Below, piece by piece: positions 61,927 through 64,000 of a DNA stretch of 64,000 bases. The notes under the pieces were generated by a model, which did no database searches, had not been told where the DNA came from, and worked only from the letters and a program-made list of their open reading frames with translations. The position numbers and the translations under genes were made by a program. Every line of letters begins with the position of its first letter. The first letter of the stretch is position 1. The DNA lies in NCBI GenBank assembly GCA_001029675.1, contig CP011210.1, forward strand, positions 256,193 to 320,192. The letters are read 5' to 3'. The DNA is from Candidatus Beckwithbacteria bacterium GW2011_GWC1_49_16. GTDB taxonomy: Bacteria; Patescibacteriota; Microgenomatia; UBA1400; CG1-02-47-37.

Positions 61927-64000
61927 CTGTTAGTCTATTCGGGTAAAAATCCAAAAAGACTAAGTTTGACAATCGAGTCTTTTGGCGGCAAGGCTTTTAA
62001 TCTTTTTAAGATGGCCGCGTTTAACAAGGTGGCGGTGCCGCCTTTTTTTGTGGTTTCGGCAGATTTGTACCGGTTGCTTTTGAAGGAAGACAAAGCCTTG
62101 GCGCAGATGGTGGGGCGGTTGAACGACGGTTTGAAATTGCCCCAAGTGGAGGAGTTGACTGAAAAGATCCGCGGCTATTTTGGCAAGGTGACTTTGCCCA
62201 CTGCGGCGGAAAAAGAAATCATTACCGCCTACCAAAATTTAGACGGGATCAAACCCTTAGTGGCGGTCAGGTCCTCGGCGACGACTGAAGACTTAGCCGA
62301 GGCTTCGTTTGCCGGCCAGCAGGACACCTATCTTAATGTTTCCGGAGACAGGCAGCTTCTTACCAGCGTCAAGAAGTGTTTGGCGTCGCTCTTTACCACC
62401 AGGGCGGTGATGTACCGCAGGCGACAGAAAGTTAGTCAAAAGCGGGCGGCGTTGAGCGTGGTGGTGCAGAAAATGGTTAAACCAGTAGTTTCCGGGGTGG
62501 CTTTTTCGGTGGAGCCGACGACGGGTTTTGCCAGGGTAGTGAGGATTGAAGCCGCCTTTGGACTGGGCGAGGGCATTGTTCAGGGGCTGGTAACCCCGGA
62601 TACTTTTTTGGTGACCAAAAGCGGCGTGATGCTGGCACGCGACATGGGGGCTAAAGAAAAGCAGGTGGTCAAAGCGGCGGGGCGGGGGACTAAGATCGTC
62701 GCCACGTCAAAAAAGCAAGCGAGGAGTTGGACCCTGACCGACGGGCAAGTTTTGCGCCTGGCAGAAACGGTAAAAGAGATCGAGAGCTATTACGGCCATT
62801 TTGTCGACGTCGAGTACGCGGTCGACTCAAAGGGCAAGATTTGGTTGCTCCAAGTGCGGCCGGAAACTAAGTGGCAGGCATTGGCTGATAAAAATCCCAG
62901 CTTAATTCCTTTGAGCCAAGCCAGATTGGATGCCGAAGTAGCCAGGAAGCCAACTTTGACCGGTTTGGGAGTGTCGCCCGGAGCCGCCGCCGGCCGTGCG
63001 GTGTTTTTAGGGGAGGGAGAGTCGCTTTTAAAGGTGAAACCGGGGAACATTTTGCTTACCAAAAGGACTGACCCGGACATGGTGCCGGCGATGCAGGTTT
63101 GCGGTGGGGTAGTGACGGCGGTGGGCGGCAGAACCTCGCACGCAGCTATAGTTTCTCGAGAATTGACCCTGCCGGCAGTGGTGGGCACGGAAAATTTGGG
63201 TCAACTGAAGCGTCTGGACGGGCAAGACCTGACGATCGATGGCGACACCGGGTTGGTTTACCGCGGGCTCTTGCCTTTAAAAAAGCGGTCTGCGGACATT
63301 GATACCGGAAACGTTCCCAAGACCCGGACCCGAGTGGGGTTGATTTTGGCCGACGTTAACCAGGCGTTTAAACTTTCAAAGCTCTCCGAAAATGATTTTG
63401 AGGTGGGACTACTTCGGGCTGAGTTTATTTTGGGCCGGATCGGCATCCACCCCAAAGCTTTGGATGAGTTTGACCAAGGTAAACTGGCGCGCACCGCCCC
63501 AAAAGTGTCTCAAGCGATAAAAGACAAGCTGGTAAGTTCCGGCTTTACCTCGGGCAAGAAGTATTTTGTCGACGGGTTGGCTAGCGGCATGGGGGCGTTT
63601 GCCCAGGCTTTTTTTGGCCGGCCGGTGATTTACCGGACGACGGATTTTAAAACCAACGAATATAAGGCACAGTTAGTCGGCGGCGAGCTTTATGAGCCAG
63701 ATGAGGATAACCCGATGCTGGGCAACCGGGGAACGGGTAGGTATTTACAGGATGAGAATTTGAAATATTTAGGCTGGGAGCTTGAAGCCTTAGATATTGC
63801 CCGGTCAAAATTCGAAGGCGACAACTTAGAGCTAATGCTGCCGTTTGTCAGGACGCTGTTTGAAGCCCAAGAAGCGCTGAAGTTTATCAAGGCCAAAGCG
63901 AAAACAGGCAAGCTCAAAGTGATTGCCATGTCGGAAATTCCGTCCAATGCTCTTATTGCCACAGAGTTTATCAAAGTGTTTGACGGTTTTTCCTTGGGGA
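61927..64000 (+). CDS. ppsA: Phosphoenolpyruvate synthase, 3'-truncated by window edge
   Basis: Not in the ORF track (no stop in window). Manual translation gives FGGKAFNL, VAVRSSATTEDLAEASFAGQQDTYLN, GLGEGIVQG, LQVRPET, GGRTSHAAIVSREL and VGLLRAEF. The CTG start is inferred. Confidence 0.93.
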   Translation, partial: MLVYSGKNPKRLSLTIESFGGKAFNLFKMAAFNKVAVPPFFVVSADLYRLLLKEDKALAQMVGRLNDGLKLPQVEELTEKIRGYFGKVTLPTAAEKEIITAYQNLDGIKPLVAVRSSATTEDLAEASFAGQQDTYLNVSGDRQLLTSVKKCLASLFTTRAVMYRRRQKVSQKRAALSVVVQKMVKPVVSGVAFSVEPTTGFARVVRIEAAFGLGEGIVQGLVTPDTFLVTKSGVMLARDMGAKEKQVVKAAGRGTKIVATSKKQARSWTLTDGQVLRLAETVKEIESYYGHFVDVEYAVDSKGKIWLLQVRPETKWQALADKNPSLIPLSQARLDAEVARKPTLTGLGVSPGAAAGRAVFLGEGESLLKVKPGNILLTKRTDPDMVPAMQVCGGVVTAVGGRTSHAAIVSRELTLPAVVGTENLGQLKRLDGQDLTIDGDTGLVYRGLLPLKKRSADIDTGNVPKTRTRVGLILADVNQAFKLSKLSENDFEVGLLRAEFILGRIGIHPKALDEFDQGKLARTAPKVSQAIKDKLVSSGFTSGKKYFVDGLASGMGAFAQAFFGRPVIYRTTDFKTNEYKAQLVGGELYEPDEDNPMLGNRGTGRYLQDENLKYLGWELEALDIARSKFEGDNLELMLPFVRTLFEAQEALKFIKAKAKTGKLKVIAMSEIPSNALIATEFIKVFDGFSLG

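Noticed and set aside
61960-63974. Several short ORFs near the window end
   Set aside because: Shadows of the ppsA frame, which the ORF track missed because it has no stop in the window.
1-64000. CRISPR array or cas genes
   Set aside because: No regularly spaced 25-40-bp repeats with unique spacers and no Cas motifs were seen.
1-64000. Alternative genetic code (TGA=Gly/Trp as in Gracilibacteria/SR1)
   Set aside because: TGA terminates many conserved genes at the expected position (e.g. rpsB, cysS, dprA) and ORFs are intact under code 11.

Overview
A 64-kb, gene-dense window from a bacterium using genetic code 11. It is most likely Patescibacteria/CPR (Microgenomates-like), inferred from the short EF-Ts, ProRS without an editing domain, TPR-bearing O-antigen-ligase-family protein and pervasive leaderless genes. 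The backbone is conserved housekeeping synteny: secE/tRNA-Trp/rpmG/tRNA-Thr/tRNA-Tyr/tRNA-Thr, def-fmt-nadD, mreBCD-mrdA, dprA-topA, rpsB-tsf-frr-rseP-proS, rpsU-yqeY-ybeY, dnaX-ybaB-recR, cysS and ppsA. It is repeatedly interrupted by small inserts: four type II toxin-antitoxin pairs, an HTH-LAGLIDADG-like gene reading through a tRNA-Ala, an integrase-less islet at tRNA-Tyr, a decayed four-helix-bundle element with heptamer arms, and surface-protein genes. The most striking feature is a ~16.5-kb nucleotide/one-carbon cluster (27216-43696). In it, pyrD-pyrE-pyrF are preceded not by carAB/pyrB/pyrC but by an argininosuccinate synthase fused to a CarB-type MGS allosteric domain and a CodA-like amidohydrolase with an altered catalytic motif, a candidate alternative entry route into pyrimidine synthesis. 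Also seen: a sigma-70 with a second sigma-4-like domain, a 6S-like structured RNA, two genes apparently starting at CTG directly after consensus promoters, and short palindromes and heptamer tracts inserted in frame in essential genes. All calls come from manual motif recognition; no searches were run.
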